Assembly (NCBI GenBank): GCA_963737905.1
Contig: CAVTUQ010000026.1
Location: 64,001-128,000 of the forward strand
Source of the DNA: an uncultured delta proteobacterium
GTDB taxonomy: Bacteria > Desulfobacterota > Binatia > UBA9968
Direction: 5' to 3'
DNA: 64,000 nt
Below, in pieces: positions 43,365-54,205 of this stretch. Made by a program: the position numbers and the translations under genes. Positions within the stretch are counted from its first letter, which is position 1, and the number at the start of each line of letters is the position of its first letter. The notes under the pieces are model-generated. The model ran no database searches. It saw only the letters and a program-made list of their open reading frames with translations, and had not been told where the DNA came from.

Positions 43365-43440
43365 AGAGGTTCAAGGTTCAACGTTCAAGGTGGATGAGAC
43401 CGTGCTTTTCTTTGAACTTTGAACCTGGAACTTTGAACTG
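43365..43440. repeat. Inverted heptamer array (TTCAAGG ... CTTTGAA)
   Basis: ggttcaaggttcaaacgttcaagg ... ctttgaactttgaacctggaactttgaac. Confidence 0.65.
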
Positions 43441-43472
43441 CCATGCAACAGCATGGCATTGATCCGAATCGG

Positions 43473-44078
43473 TTACAGAAGCGCTTTCACCGACGGCCGT
43501 TCCTTTATTCTCTGGAGCCATGTCGTAAGCCGCGGTAAGGAGGGTGTTGGAATGGCGCCGTAAGATTCCATCCGGAGAAATCGCGGCAACAGGTCGATAT
43601 CCGTCAAGCTCATCTCGCCCAGAAAATACGGTTTGTCGCCCAACGCTTCTTCGAGATACTGAAGCAGATGGCGAAGGGCTTGACGTTTCGCCTCGACAAT
43701 AGTGTCACTACGCTCCGATTCTTTCTTGAGCATTTCCCCCCGCAGAGCCCAGTACGGCTCATGGATGTAGTTCAGTCCGTAGTCGACCAGAACCCTTCCG
43801 CGTCCACGCAGGTAGGGATCTTTCGGCATCAGAGGAGGGTTGGGATATTTTTCGTCCAGATACTCGTTGATGATGCAAGACTCGAAAAGAATCTTCCCGG
43901 CATCGTCGAGCACCGGTACCTTTCCGTAGGGGTTTAGTTTTAAGAATTCGGGCCGCTTCTGGTCCTTTTTTCCGAGATCGAGCGTTACTCGGTCGTAGGC
44001 GAGCCCTTTTTCATGTAAGGCGATTTTTGTTCGATCGCTGTTCGACGAAGGTACCGCGTCGTATAACGTCATGGCCAT
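43473..44078 (-). CDS. Glutathione S-transferase family protein
   Basis: LNPYGKVPVL, FESCIINEYLDE. Confidence 0.9.
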   Translation of the reverse strand: MAMTLYDAVPSSNSDRTKIALHEKGLAYDRVTLDLGKKDQKRPEFLKLNPYGKVPVLDDAGKILFESCIINEYLDEKYPNPPLMPKDPYLRGRGRVLVDYGLNYIHEPYWALRGEMLKKESERSDTIVEAKRQALRHLLQYLEEALGDKPYFLGEMSLTDIDLLPRFLRMESYGAIPTPSLPRLTTWLQRIKERPSVKALL

Positions 44079-44170
44079 GACTTTTCCCTCGCTCTATGAA
44101 ATTTTCTATCTTCTAGCACCGGTAGATGGGGGCGACAAGGGCGCTTGGACAAGGCAGGTCGCGTCACGGA

Positions 44171-45088
44171 TCATTCTCTTCGCGGGGTGCTTACCAGCAC
44201 AACCGATCCGATGATGAGCGCGGCGGCGAGCACTGTACGTATTGTCATCGGCTCCTGTGCCAGGAAGTAACCGAGCAAAACCGCAACCAGCGGATTGACA
44301 TAGGCGTAGGTGGCCACCAGTGGCGTGGGCGCCACGCGTAAGAGCCAAACATAGGCAACGAAGGCGATGGAGCCGATTACGGTGAGATAGACGAGCGCCA
44401 GTGCCGACCGTCGAGAAACAGCCGCAAGCTCGAAGCCGCTCCATTCTCCGAAAACGGTCGCGACAAGCATCAGGGCCAGGCCTCCGGCAAGCATTTCCAT
44501 CCCGGTGCCGAGTAAGGGTGACGCAGGAAGCCGGGCGGTCCTTCCGTAGAGTGATCCCATCGTCCACGCGATCGACGCGAGAACCAACGCCGCCGCGCCG
44601 AAAAGATTCGCGGTGTCGGCGTCGCGGGCCGCTGAGCCGATCAACAAGACGACACCGCCGAAGCCAATGAGTATGCCGGTAACCGCGATGAGGCCCGGCC
44701 GGTGACCGGTGGGAAGAAAAGCATCGATGAGCACCATCCAGAGCGGCACCGTCGCCACCAACAGCGCAGCGAGGCTTGATGCAACAAATTGTTCCGCCCA
44801 GACCACGCCGCCGTTGCCGCCTACCAAAAGGAAAATACCGATGATCGCTGCACTACGCCATTCCACCGCTTCGGGGCGAGGATCGCCGCTAAGACGGCGC
44901 ACAGCGTAAAGAAAGCCACCGGAGAAGATGAAGCGGGCAGCGGCCATCAAAAAGGGTGGGAGGGTCTCGACGGCGTAGCGAATGGCGAGATAGGTCGAAC
45001 CCCAGATCAAGTAAACAGCGACCAGCGCCGACCAGATGGCCGGCAAGGAAGCACGATACTCCGAAGCCGCCGGAGCAGGTTGCGGCAC
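44171..45088 (-). CDS. EamA/DMT transporter (YedA-like)
   Basis: VYLIWGSTYLAI, YAYVNPLVAV; ~10 TM; GTG start overlapping upstream TAG. Confidence 0.9.
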   Translation of the reverse strand: MPQPAPAASEYRASLPAIWSALVAVYLIWGSTYLAIRYAVETLPPFLMAAARFIFSGGFLYAVRRLSGDPRPEAVEWRSAAIIGIFLLVGGNGGVVWAEQFVASSLAALLVATVPLWMVLIDAFLPTGHRPGLIAVTGILIGFGGVVLLIGSAARDADTANLFGAAALVLASIAWTMGSLYGRTARLPASPLLGTGMEMLAGGLALMLVATVFGEWSGFELAAVSRRSALALVYLTVIGSIAFVAYVWLLRVAPTPLVATYAYVNPLVAVLLGYFLAQEPMTIRTVLAAALIIGSVVLVSTPRRE

Positions 45089-45714
45089 TACAAAGCTCCT
45101 TCGAGTCGAAGGAGCCATCGTTTTGCCTTGAGGCCTGATCCGCCGCTGTAGCCGCCCAAACTTCCGTCGCTGGCGACGACGCGGTGGCAAGGAATGACGA
45201 TAGGTATCGGATTGTGTGCCAGCGCCCCGCCGACGGGCCGGCTGGAGCGAGGACGCCCCAATTCTTTTGCGACCCGATGATAAGTCCAGACCTGGCCTGG
45301 CGCGATGCGGCAGGCAACATCGAGAACGCTCCGCTGAAACGGCGTCAGTTGTGAGATATCGACGGGGAGATTGAATCTGGACCGGTCACCGGCGAAGTAC
45401 TCGCGCAGCTGCGCCAGGACGCGCTGAACGGCTTTAGGACTTTTCTCCAGTCGCGCGCGGGGATCGAAGCGTTCAATAAATTCGTTCTCCTGCCGCCCGA
45501 AGTCCAGCGCGCAGAGCCCACGCTGATTGACCGCGGCAAAAAGCGGCCCCAAAGGCGAGCTCATTTCACCCCACTGGATCAACGGCGCTTCCTCTGCAAA
45601 CCACTTCCTGACGCGGGCTCGCGAACGGGAAAGAGTGGTCGCGGTCGGTCCGCTCAGCGACTTGCGCAAGCTCTTTACAACAGCAATTTCATTTTTTAGT
45701 GTTGGTGTTCTCAT
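45088..45714 (-). CDS. ogt: Methylated-DNA-protein-cysteine methyltransferase (Ogt/MGMT) with N-terminal extension
   Basis: NPIPIVIPCHRVV active site; LREYFAG, TPFQ. Confidence 0.9.
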   Translation of the reverse strand: MRTPTLKNEIAVVKSLRKSLSGPTATTLSRSRARVRKWFAEEAPLIQWGEMSSPLGPLFAAVNQRGLCALDFGRQENEFIERFDPRARLEKSPKAVQRVLAQLREYFAGDRSRFNLPVDISQLTPFQRSVLDVACRIAPGQVWTYHRVAKELGRPRSSRPVGGALAHNPIPIVIPCHRVVASDGSLGGYSGGSGLKAKRWLLRLEGAL

Positions 45715-46226
45715 CTTTCCTCCTCCAGGGCGAGGCGCAGGTGACGAACTGCCTGGTAAACATTGGCGCGTGCGCTCTCCCGTGAGCAATTTAGGATCTG
45801 CGCGATCTGGGGATAGTCCAGGTCTTGGAGATAGCGCAAGGTAACGCAAGCCTTTTGTTTTGCCGGTAACCCGTTCACCAAGTTCCGCACTTTTTGTTCC
45901 ATATATTTACGCGAGATCGAATCTTCGCTCGTCGTTTCCGGCCCCGTTGCCGAATGCTTCAATGATGAAAGCTTCTCGCGCCGATGTTTCATTCGGCGAA
46001 ATTGGGTGTACGCGCAATGGGTCGCAATCTTGTAGAGCCACGCTCTATGGTTGCTATCCGGCCGTAGGCCCGGAAAACTCTCATAGGCGCGTAAGAATAC
46101 GTCCTGGGTGAGGTCCTCGACATCTTTGCCACCATCGCGGCGCCCGTATTTTCCCATGAGCCGCCAAATATAGGCGAAGATTTCGTCGTGATGCCGCTCG
46201 ATCAGATCCTCAAAGCGAAGCGCCAT
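45711..46226 (-). CDS. ECF RNA polymerase sigma factor
   Basis: EDLTQDVFLRA, RAWLYKIA, LPAKQK, YPQIAQIL; ATGA overlap with ogt. Confidence 0.9.
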   Translation of the reverse strand: MALRFEDLIERHHDEIFAYIWRLMGKYGRRDGGKDVEDLTQDVFLRAYESFPGLRPDSNHRAWLYKIATHCAYTQFRRMKHRREKLSSLKHSATGPETTSEDSISRKYMEQKVRNLVNGLPAKQKACVTLRYLQDLDYPQIAQILNCSRESARANVYQAVRHLRLALEEER

Positions 46227-46377
46227 TTCGGTTACCTAACTCTCCGAATGGTATAACCACGAAGCCGTGGTTTTGTGAAATCTGGGCGGAATTTAATTGC
46301 TCGCTGCGATGTCAGATTGCTAGGACTTTCAGCGCACGATGGGCAAATTGAAACCGTGCTTCGGGCAAGGTTGAGAT

Positions 46378-46448
46378 CGTCACTCCCGCGGAAGCGGGAG
46401 TCTAGGCACGAAAAAACACACTAGATTCCCGTTTTCACGGGAATGACG
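46378..46448. repeat. REP doublet
   Basis: cgtcactcccgcggaagcgggagtctag ... ctagattcccgttttcacgggaatgacg. Confidence 0.75.
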
Positions 46449-46486
46449 TGCACAGGAAAAAGCGTTAAGCAGGGGAATAGCGCAGC

Positions 46487-46936
46487 TTACGCTTCCGGGG
46501 ACATGCCCTTTTTCTTGAGCTCCTCGATCGCGTTGGGAGTTTTTTTGAGGCCGCCGGCGCCCATCCCTTTGAGCACGTGGGATGCCTTGGTGAACTGGAT
46601 GTCGTCATAGGAAACGACTTCGATCCGATTCCCCCAGGGGTCGCGGAAATTGAGCCGCTCGTTGATGCTCTTGAGGCCAAGTTTTTCCAGGGCTCCGCGC
46701 ACCGGTTCGCGGTCATCGACGACGAAACCGAAATGACGCTTGTCGTCCGGCCCCTGGGCCTTGCCGAGGCTCAATTGAATGAACTGGTCCCCCATATCGA
46801 TGAAAGCATTGTGGTCGCTCTTGCCGCGCAGTTTGAAGTCAAAAATCGCGCCATAAAATTCCAGCGCCTTGTCCAAATCGCCGACTTCGAGCACCACGTG
46901 GTTAATTCCCAACGCCCGGGCTTTTTTTTCACTCAT
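46487..46936 (-). CDS. VOC/glyoxalase family protein
   Basis: INHVVLEV, RHFGF, DPWGNRIE. Confidence 0.85.
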   Translation of the reverse strand: MSEKKARALGINHVVLEVGDLDKALEFYGAIFDFKLRGKSDHNAFIDMGDQFIQLSLGKAQGPDDKRHFGFVVDDREPVRGALEKLGLKSINERLNFRDPWGNRIEVVSYDDIQFTKASHVLKGMGAGGLKKTPNAIEELKKKGMSPEA

Positions 46937-46964
46937 CAATCTTCTCCTTTCCTTTGACGCAACT

Positions 46965-47543
46965 CTACGTTCCGGTCCGGAAGCCAGGCTTGTCAACAAT
47001 CCGAAGGGAGCTCGCCTGCGGCCCTTTTTCCCCTTGTTCTTCCGCCCAACGCACGCCGGTTCCGATCTCTAAGCGGTCAAATTCTCCTGCCGGGAGGCTG
47101 TTCTTATGAAAGTAGATTTCACGACCGTCCAGGCTTTGGATAAATCCATAGGCTTCTCTGCGCAATAATAGGCTAACAAATCCGCCGACTTCCTGCTCGG
47201 GATGAGTTTTCACCTGTCGACGTTTTTTTTCAGTCAGCTTTTTGACCTGGCGGCGCATGACGCCGAATGCTCCGCGTAAAACCGCAGGCAACCGTTCGTG
47301 AGGGTCACCTTCGCTAGCCTCGCGGATCACCACCAACTCGTGTTGTGGGGGAACTGTAACATCGATCCGCACGCGAAAGGGATTTCCTGTTCGTTGGTGT
47401 TCCTGCGGCTTCTCTACGGCCATGCGACAGCTGACGATCTGATTACAGACGCGTTCGAGCTTTGTGGCTTGCTTACCGATGAGCGCTTCGATGTCCGGGG
47501 TTTTGCGAACGTTGCGAAAAGTGATCTTCAAGGGAACCCGCAT
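46965..47543 (-). CDS. HPF/RaiA-family protein with C-terminal cold-shock domain
   Basis: PLKITFRN...FRVRIDVTVP then YGFI...EIYFHKN...GPQA. Confidence 0.85.
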   Translation of the reverse strand: MRVPLKITFRNVRKTPDIEALIGKQATKLERVCNQIVSCRMAVEKPQEHQRTGNPFRVRIDVTVPPQHELVVIREASEGDPHERLPAVLRGAFGVMRRQVKKLTEKKRRQVKTHPEQEVGGFVSLLLRREAYGFIQSLDGREIYFHKNSLPAGEFDRLEIGTGVRWAEEQGEKGPQASSLRIVDKPGFRTGT

Positions 47544-47815
47544 AAGTCAACCTCCAATCTTAATCTTTTCTCCGGTTGGGCAACGAGGACGTCCCTTCTG
47601 ATATTTATTTCATGCAATATTTTTCAGCGCTGTCAAGACATTTAGATAAGATAAATGACCGGGAAATTTTTTGGAGTTATACGGCCCGGAAAAGCTTCGA
47701 CCGGGGGAGTTTTTAACGCGGTGGATTCGCACTTTTGAACTTCAGTTGCTTTGCCGCTCTTCTGGGTTTAAGTATGCGAATCCGGTTGTTGTGGCCCCTC
47801 TAAATTTGTTGTCCG

Positions 47816-49088
47816 TCACTCATCACTGTTGAAATCAAGCAACCCCTGGAATTCCAGCCCTTCGATTTCTTGAAGCGTTTTGCCGGCGATGCCTTGAAGA
47901 TCGCCGTACATGCCGACGGTGGCCTGCATGACGCGATCGATTTGTTCTTCTCGCTTGGACCACTGCTTGGTGATGGCTTTTCTCTCGCGGTCGAGGTCTT
48001 CGCGCATGGAGGAGAAAGCCTCGACGATTGCTTGTATTCGGTGGCGGAAGCGCGGCCCGGTAAGGTATTGGTAAACCATTTCCATCTTGGTCTGTTGCCC
48101 CTCGGATGCTTGCCCGCGCGCCCGCGATCTCGATCAAAGTCTGGCGCAGGGCGACGGCGACGGGCAAAGCCACTTTGGGGTGAGCCACCCACACTTGGTC
48201 TACTAGGCCGAATGTTTCCACGTCTTTGGGGAGGACCTGGCTGACAATCACTGCGATCTCGGCCTTGGCGGCTCGTTGGTCTTCGCGCAACTTGGGTAGC
48301 CAACCGTCGCTCCAATTCTTGGTTCGCTTCGATTCCCAGAGAATTGTGCCGCACGGCTGGCCGACCGGGCCCATGACCCGATGGAGGATATCGCCGCCGA
48401 ATTCTCCCTTGGGGACGGGGTGGATTGTGTCCCGCGGGAAGCGAGCGCTCAGTAGACTTTCGATCTCTAGTTCCTGAACCTCTCCTTGAAGTTGCTGTGA
48501 CCCTTGTTCGGCGCGCCGTTTCAGGTCTTCGATCTGTTTCTGCATGGAGGCGATGGTCTGCTCGGCCTCCATGACCTTCAGTTTCATTTCATCCTCAGCC
48601 TCTCTTTTTGCCTTCTCTCGCGCGGCCGCCAAATCCGATTGCACTCTCTTCTCGACGGTTAGTTCCAGCTCGCGCTTGGCGTCGTCGAGCTCGCGTTGCT
48701 TTCGAATCAAATCGGCTTGGGCCTTCTGTGCATCGGCAAGCTTTATATCTTTTTGTTTAAGAATATCCTGAAGGTCATTGATTTCTATTACTTTTTGATT
48801 AAGTTCGTTTCCAACCGCGAGCTTGGCCTTCTTGGCCTCCTCGGCCGTAATTCTGACTTGCTCCTGTTGCATTTTCTGCGCGACCTGCTCGTCCATCGAT
48901 TGTTTTTGCTTTTGAAGAACTGCCTCGCGTTCATGGAGTGTCTTCTCGCGCTTCGCTATGTCGGCGTCCTTTTGCGTTAGGCGCTGCTCATAGTCGCGCC
49001 GGATCGACTCGAGTAAGGGCGCGGCCAGGGATTCGGTGAGCTTGATTTCGGTCTTACATTGGGGGCAAACAACCGTGGGTTCTGCCAT
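47816..49088 (-). CDS. DUF2130 coiled-coil protein, frameshifted at ~48110
   Basis: CPQC N-terminus, GSQQLQGEVQEL, ILWESKRTKNW; C-terminus in ORF 47816-48085. Confidence 0.85.
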
Positions 49089-49220
49089 TAGTTTCTCCTA
49101 TTCGCACGTTCTTAACCACAAACAACCTGGCGCGGCCGAGCCACAAGCAAACTCGGAATATCTCGCGCAAAGGCGCAAAGCATGCCCTGAGCAAGGTCGA
49201 AGGGGGCGCAAGACAAAAAC

Positions 49221-50408
49221 TTAAATCTGCTCCAGATGGAAGAACTCGATGGCGTTGCCGCAAACCATCTTGTATTTTTCCTGTTCCGGCACGCCGGCGA
49301 AGTTTCTTTCAATAATGGCCATGGACTCGGGCCAGTCGGATTCCTGATGCGGAAAATCCGAGCCCCAGATGAGACCATCGACATTGATCTTGTGGCGCAG
49401 CTCAACGCCGATCCGATCGAACTGAAAGCCCCACAAGCAATGCTCGCGAATATACTCGCTCGGCAAACGGCACAGAGGTTTGAAGCCGAGCAATCGCTCG
49501 GCCCATCGGACATGGCGGTCATAGCGGACGTCCGCGGCCTGCAGGAAAAAGGGAATCCAGCCGATCTGATTTTCGGCGAAAAAAATCCGCAATTTGGAAA
49601 AGCGATCGAACAGTCCCGACAAAACCCACTGAACCGCGGCCACCGAGCCGTTGCCACGGACGGGGCCGAAGCGCCCCACCTGGTATACCAGGTCCTGACC
49701 GAGTTTCTTCATCAATTCATCCGGTTCCCGTGGATACTTGAAAAGCGGGCGAGCGCGTTCGCCGGTGCGATCGAGATCGACGTGAACGCTCACCGGCATT
49801 TTCAAATCCAATGCCGCCGCCCAAAATGGATCGTCTTCTTTCGAAGGGTAGGGTTTGCCGCTGGGAAATCCCTGAAGGAGAACGGTCTTGAGCCCGCCTG
49901 TGGCACATCGTTCCATCTCTTCGATGGTGTCTGCCACATCATGTGTCAGCGGCAAGATGCCGACTCCGATGAGCCGGCTCGGATCAACCGCACAGTACTC
50001 CTCCGCTAGCCAGCTGTTGTACGCGCGCACGACCGCTTTGTAAGCAGCATCGTCTTCAATGCGGCGCCAAAACTTCGGTCCCCCTTGCTGCGAAGGGAAC
50101 AGGACTTCGGCGTCGATGCCGTCTTGATCTTGCTCCCGGATCCGCTGCTCGGGACTGCCAGTTCCCGGAGTGCCTTCATATTTACCGCCGAAAGGAACGT
50201 ATGCATCCCGACCTTTGCCGCCATATAAGTCTGCGGCGGCGGCCGGACGAACTATTTTGTTCCCGATGGTCCACGCGTCGCTCCCGTCCGGCTGGCGCAC
50301 GAGACGCGGAGCCTGATCGCGATGCTTTGCGGGAACGCGGTCTATCCAATACTTCGAATCAATTTCCAGGTGCGAATCACCCGAGATATAACGATACTTT
50401 TTGGCCAA
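49221..50408 (-). CDS. Amidohydrolase_2 family protein
   Basis: ISGDSHLE, DGIDAEVLFP, WGSDFPHQE. Confidence 0.9.
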   Translation of the reverse strand: MAKKYRYISGDSHLEIDSKYWIDRVPAKHRDQAPRLVRQPDGSDAWTIGNKIVRPAAAADLYGGKGRDAYVPFGGKYEGTPGTGSPEQRIREQDQDGIDAEVLFPSQQGGPKFWRRIEDDAAYKAVVRAYNSWLAEEYCAVDPSRLIGVGILPLTHDVADTIEEMERCATGGLKTVLLQGFPSGKPYPSKEDDPFWAAALDLKMPVSVHVDLDRTGERARPLFKYPREPDELMKKLGQDLVYQVGRFGPVRGNGSVAAVQWVLSGLFDRFSKLRIFFAENQIGWIPFFLQAADVRYDRHVRWAERLLGFKPLCRLPSEYIREHCLWGFQFDRIGVELRHKINVDGLIWGSDFPHQESDWPESMAIIERNFAGVPEQEKYKMVCGNAIEFFHLEQI

Positions 50409-50628
50409 TAGTCTTTCCTCGCTTTGTAACGAATGCTCGTGAACGGGTTGCGTGGTCGTATCGATCGGGAACACGATCACGGACACGCCGATCTTAGCCA
50501 AATCGGCTCTTCCTGCCAAGCGGAACCTCAATTGCTCAAGCACTGGACAATGCGCCGGGTTCCGGTTTACAAGGGATACACGTTACGGCGCAGCCATCGA
50601 ATGATCCAGCTTCTTGGGAGGTAGCCAA

Positions 50629-52848
50629 ATGATGCAGGTTGTCGGAAGATCAACACCGAGGGTTGAGGGCGAATTAAAGGTCACGGGAAAGGCGCTTTAC
50701 AGTGCGGATTTGAATTTGCCGGGTACGCTGTGGGGGAAGGTTCTGCGTAGCCCGATCCCGTACGGGCGTATCAAAAGCATCGACATCAGTAAGGCTCGGC
50801 GGGTGCCCGGAGTGAAGGCTGTGATCACCGGGCAGGACGTAACCGGGCTCAGGATTGGCCGGTGTATATATGATACGCCGGTTTTGGCGGACGGTGTGGT
50901 GCGGTTCATCGGCGAAAAGGTCGCTGCGGTTGCGGCTGAGACCGAGGAGGCGGCGGAGCGGGCGTTGGATTTGATCGAAGTTGAATATGACGAGATGGAG
51001 CCTTTGCTCGATCCGGTGGGAGCGGCCAAGCCCGACGCGCCGGTATTGCACCCCGATCTGCTTTCGTACAAGGGACTGCCGGTTCCGTTAGAAAAACTCA
51101 GCAACGTGTTTGCCTATCTCAAGTGGGGCAAGGGAGACATCGTAGCCGGTTTTAAACAGGCTGATCTGATCGTCGAAAACACATTTACCACTCAAGTAAC
51201 CCATCAGTCCTATTTAGAACCTCATGCTTGCGTGGTGAAGGCTGACTCGTCCGGCGGCGCGGAAGTCTGGGCCTGCAGCAAGACGCCCTTCGCGGTCCGC
51301 ACACAGCTTTCCAATTGTATTGGGGTGGCGAAGGAGAAGCTTGTTTTTCATCCCGTGCACATCGGCGGGGACTTCGGCGGCAAAGGGGGATTCATGGATG
51401 TCCCTGCTTGCTACTTCCTGTCGCTGAAGAGCGGCCAGCCGGTGAAGATGGTCATGGATTATTCGGAAGAGTTGGTAGCCGGCAATCCGCGCCATCCCTC
51501 AATTATCAAAGTTAAAACCGGCGTTAAAAAAAATGGCCTCATCGTAGCGCACCACATGGACTTTCTGTTCGACAGCGGCGCTTACGGATCGATGAAGCCG
51601 GCGGGATATCTGATCGGCGCCCAGACCTGCGCTGGACCCTACAAAATATTTAATTGCCTCATTGAAGAGAGAATGGTCTACACGAACAAGATACCCTGCG
51701 GGCATATGCGGGCGCCTGGCGATCCCCAGGGATTCTTTGCCAACGAAAGCCAGATGGACATGGTGGCGCGCAAGCTCGACATGGACCCGGCGGAGTTCAA
51801 AGGCAAGAACATGCTGCACGATGGCGATGAGACACCCATCGGCGGCCACATCTCTCATATCAGAGGCGTGGAAGCGCTGGAAAAGGCGATCCAGTTATCC
51901 GGCTATCTTAAGCCGAAGGCGAAGAACGTTGGACGGGGTCTTTCTTTCTCGGAATGGAGCCCCAGCGGCGGCGAAGGCAATGTCTTTGTGAACATCGATG
52001 AAGAGGGCACGGTGAAAGTATCAACGCCGGTGGTGGATCAGGGTGGAGGAGTGCTCACGGTCATCGTCGAGGTTGTGGGTGAGGAGCTCCAGGTTCCCGC
52101 GAACAAGATCGAGCTAACCCAGCTCGACAGCTCCGTAGTGCCGAGCGACGGCGGCGTCGGCGGCAGCCGTGCAACGCGAGTTTACGGAAATGCGGCCTAT
52201 GAGGCCGGCACCAAAGCAAAGACGGAAATTTTGACAATCGCCGCGGAGAAATTCGCCGCAAAGCCGGAAGAGCTTGAACTTAACAATAGTCGTGTCGTAC
52301 ACCGGGAATCGAAACGAAAAATGAGCTTTGCCGAGATTGTCAAAGCCAAGGGATCACCGATCACCGTGAAGGGTTATTACAAGAGCGCGGAAAAAGCCCA
52401 CGATGCTTCAATCTCGGCGCAAATAGCCGAAGTCCATGTGGATCCAGAGACCGGCCAGGTCACCTTGCAGCAGATGACTTCGGCCCACACCACCGGGAAG
52501 GTGATCAATCCTCTCATGCATCAAGGGCAGATAGACGGCGGCGTTGTGTTCGGTCTGGGTTACGCTCTGACTGAAGAGGTGATGTTCGATGGCGGCCGAG
52601 TCACGACAACCAACTTCGGCGAGTTTAAGATTCCCACCATCCAGGATATACCACCGCTGAAGACGGCCGTTATGGAGACGGTGCCGCACGGACCGGGCCC
52701 TTACAATAGCTTGGCCATCGGCGAGGTGGCTAACACACCGACGGCAGCGGCGGTGGCCAATGCAGTAGCCGATGCCTGCGGCGTGCGTATCACGGACTTG
52801 CCGGTGACGGCGGAAAAGGTTTATGAGGGGTTGAAGAAGAGGCATTAA
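50629..52848 (+). CDS. Xanthine dehydrogenase/CoxL-family molybdopterin-binding subunit
   Basis: GGDFGGK, MRAPG, GGSR, GQIDGG, AIGE motifs. Confidence 0.9.
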   Translation: MMQVVGRSTPRVEGELKVTGKALYSADLNLPGTLWGKVLRSPIPYGRIKSIDISKARRVPGVKAVITGQDVTGLRIGRCIYDTPVLADGVVRFIGEKVAAVAAETEEAAERALDLIEVEYDEMEPLLDPVGAAKPDAPVLHPDLLSYKGLPVPLEKLSNVFAYLKWGKGDIVAGFKQADLIVENTFTTQVTHQSYLEPHACVVKADSSGGAEVWACSKTPFAVRTQLSNCIGVAKEKLVFHPVHIGGDFGGKGGFMDVPACYFLSLKSGQPVKMVMDYSEELVAGNPRHPSIIKVKTGVKKNGLIVAHHMDFLFDSGAYGSMKPAGYLIGAQTCAGPYKIFNCLIEERMVYTNKIPCGHMRAPGDPQGFFANESQMDMVARKLDMDPAEFKGKNMLHDGDETPIGGHISHIRGVEALEKAIQLSGYLKPKAKNVGRGLSFSEWSPSGGEGNVFVNIDEEGTVKVSTPVVDQGGGVLTVIVEVVGEELQVPANKIELTQLDSSVVPSDGGVGGSRATRVYGNAAYEAGTKAKTEILTIAAEKFAAKPEELELNNSRVVHRESKRKMSFAEIVKAKGSPITVKGYYKSAEKAHDASISAQIAEVHVDPETGQVTLQQMTSAHTTGKVINPLMHQGQIDGGVVFGLGYALTEEVMFDGGRVTTTNFGEFKIPTIQDIPPLKTAVMETVPHGPGPYNSLAIGEVANTPTAAAVANAVADACGVRITDLPVTAEKVYEGLKKRH

Positions 52849-52973
52849 GTTTCGAGTTCAGGGTCTCGCGTCTCGGGTTAGGTTCGATCCTAGGGTAAAC
52901 TCAGGACCGACTTCGAGGAAGACCGAACGGGTCGAAACGCAAACTCGGAGCTCAACCGGAATAGGAGGCGATT

Positions 52974-54050
52974 ATGGCTGACGCATTACGCTATTACATC
53001 GCGCACAACGGGGGTCTGAAGATTATGCAGCCTCAAGGCGGGTCGATGAACACCTTCGGCGAGTTCTTCGAGGGCAAAACGCTGGAGCACTTGATCGGCT
53101 GCCACAACAAACCGGAAGTAGTGTTTGCGGCGGTGGCCTTCGACGGCGGTTATCGAACGCAGGACGGCGGCAAGACATGGGAAAAGATCATGGAAGGAGA
53201 TGTCCGCACCTTCACGGTGGACCCCCATGACGAAAGGATCGTGTACATGGGCATCGGTCCGATTCGGCTGTTTCGCAGCGAGGACGGCGGCACGAAGTGG
53301 GAGCCGCTGGACGGCATGCTCGACTTCTCCGACGAGGTAAAGAAGAAATGGGATGTGCCGCCGAGGCTGCGCGGCATTGAAAAGCCCCACGTGCGACATA
53401 TCTTCATCCACCCCGATGATCAGAATCTATTGTTCGTCTTGCTCGAACACGGCGGAGTATTGCTGAGCCGCGACTGCGGCAAAACCTGGGAAGATCGAAG
53501 CACGGGCATCGACTACGTGGACATGCATTACATCGGGAACTATCCGGGCAGCAAAGAGCGCTACTACGTTTCTTCGGCGCGGGGTTTTTTCCGTAGCGAT
53601 GATGCCGGAAGGCAATGGCACCGTGTGGAAAACGGCATGCCGTGGGCCTATACAGAGCTGCATAGTTACTCTCACGAGTGGCACTTCCTGCCGGGGGATA
53701 CGCCTCGAATGGTGGTGTGCGGCGGTAAAGGTTCGCCGGGCGTGTGGGCGCGTGAAAAGATGAATCCCAAAGGTCACATTTTGCTCAGCGACGACGCCGG
53801 AGAAAATTGGCGCATCGCGACCGGGGGGTTGGAAAAGGAAAATCCGTGGATGCCTTGGGTGTTGTTGCATCATCCCAGCGACGCTCATACGCTTTTTTGC
53901 GGCATGGGCGATGGCTCACGCGGGTATGGATTCGACGCGCGAGTAAAAGGGAAGGGCGCGTTCTATGTGAGCCGCGACCGTGGCGATTCGTGGGAGCCGG
54001 TGTTGAGTGAAACGCCGTCGATTCTAACCGCCTGGGTGGCGGCGAATTGA
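52974..54050 (+). CDS. BNR/Asp-box beta-propeller protein, no signal peptide
   Basis: Repeated SxDGGxTW boxes. Confidence 0.8.
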   Translation: MADALRYYIAHNGGLKIMQPQGGSMNTFGEFFEGKTLEHLIGCHNKPEVVFAAVAFDGGYRTQDGGKTWEKIMEGDVRTFTVDPHDERIVYMGIGPIRLFRSEDGGTKWEPLDGMLDFSDEVKKKWDVPPRLRGIEKPHVRHIFIHPDDQNLLFVLLEHGGVLLSRDCGKTWEDRSTGIDYVDMHYIGNYPGSKERYYVSSARGFFRSDDAGRQWHRVENGMPWAYTELHSYSHEWHFLPGDTPRMVVCGGKGSPGVWAREKMNPKGHILLSDDAGENWRIATGGLEKENPWMPWVLLHHPSDAHTLFCGMGDGSRGYGFDARVKGKGAFYVSRDRGDSWEPVLSETPSILTAWVAAN

Positions 54051-54116
54051 CGTGCCTGCGTTCGCAAGGACACACCTCGACAAAAGGGTGCTTCCGGGTT
54101 TTCTGTGAAGAAGTAT

Positions 54117-54205
54117 TCACCACAGAGGCGCCGAGTTCGCAGAGGTCGGAGAATTTTTTTTAATCAATAACTCTTTACTCCGCGTCCTCCGCGCCTTCGC
54201 GGTGC
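54117..54205. repeat. ~90-bp palindromic dispersed repeat (homologue of 14399-14490)
   Basis: caccacagaggcgccgagttcgcagaggtcggag...ctttactccgcgtcctccgcgccttcgcggtg. Confidence 0.75.
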
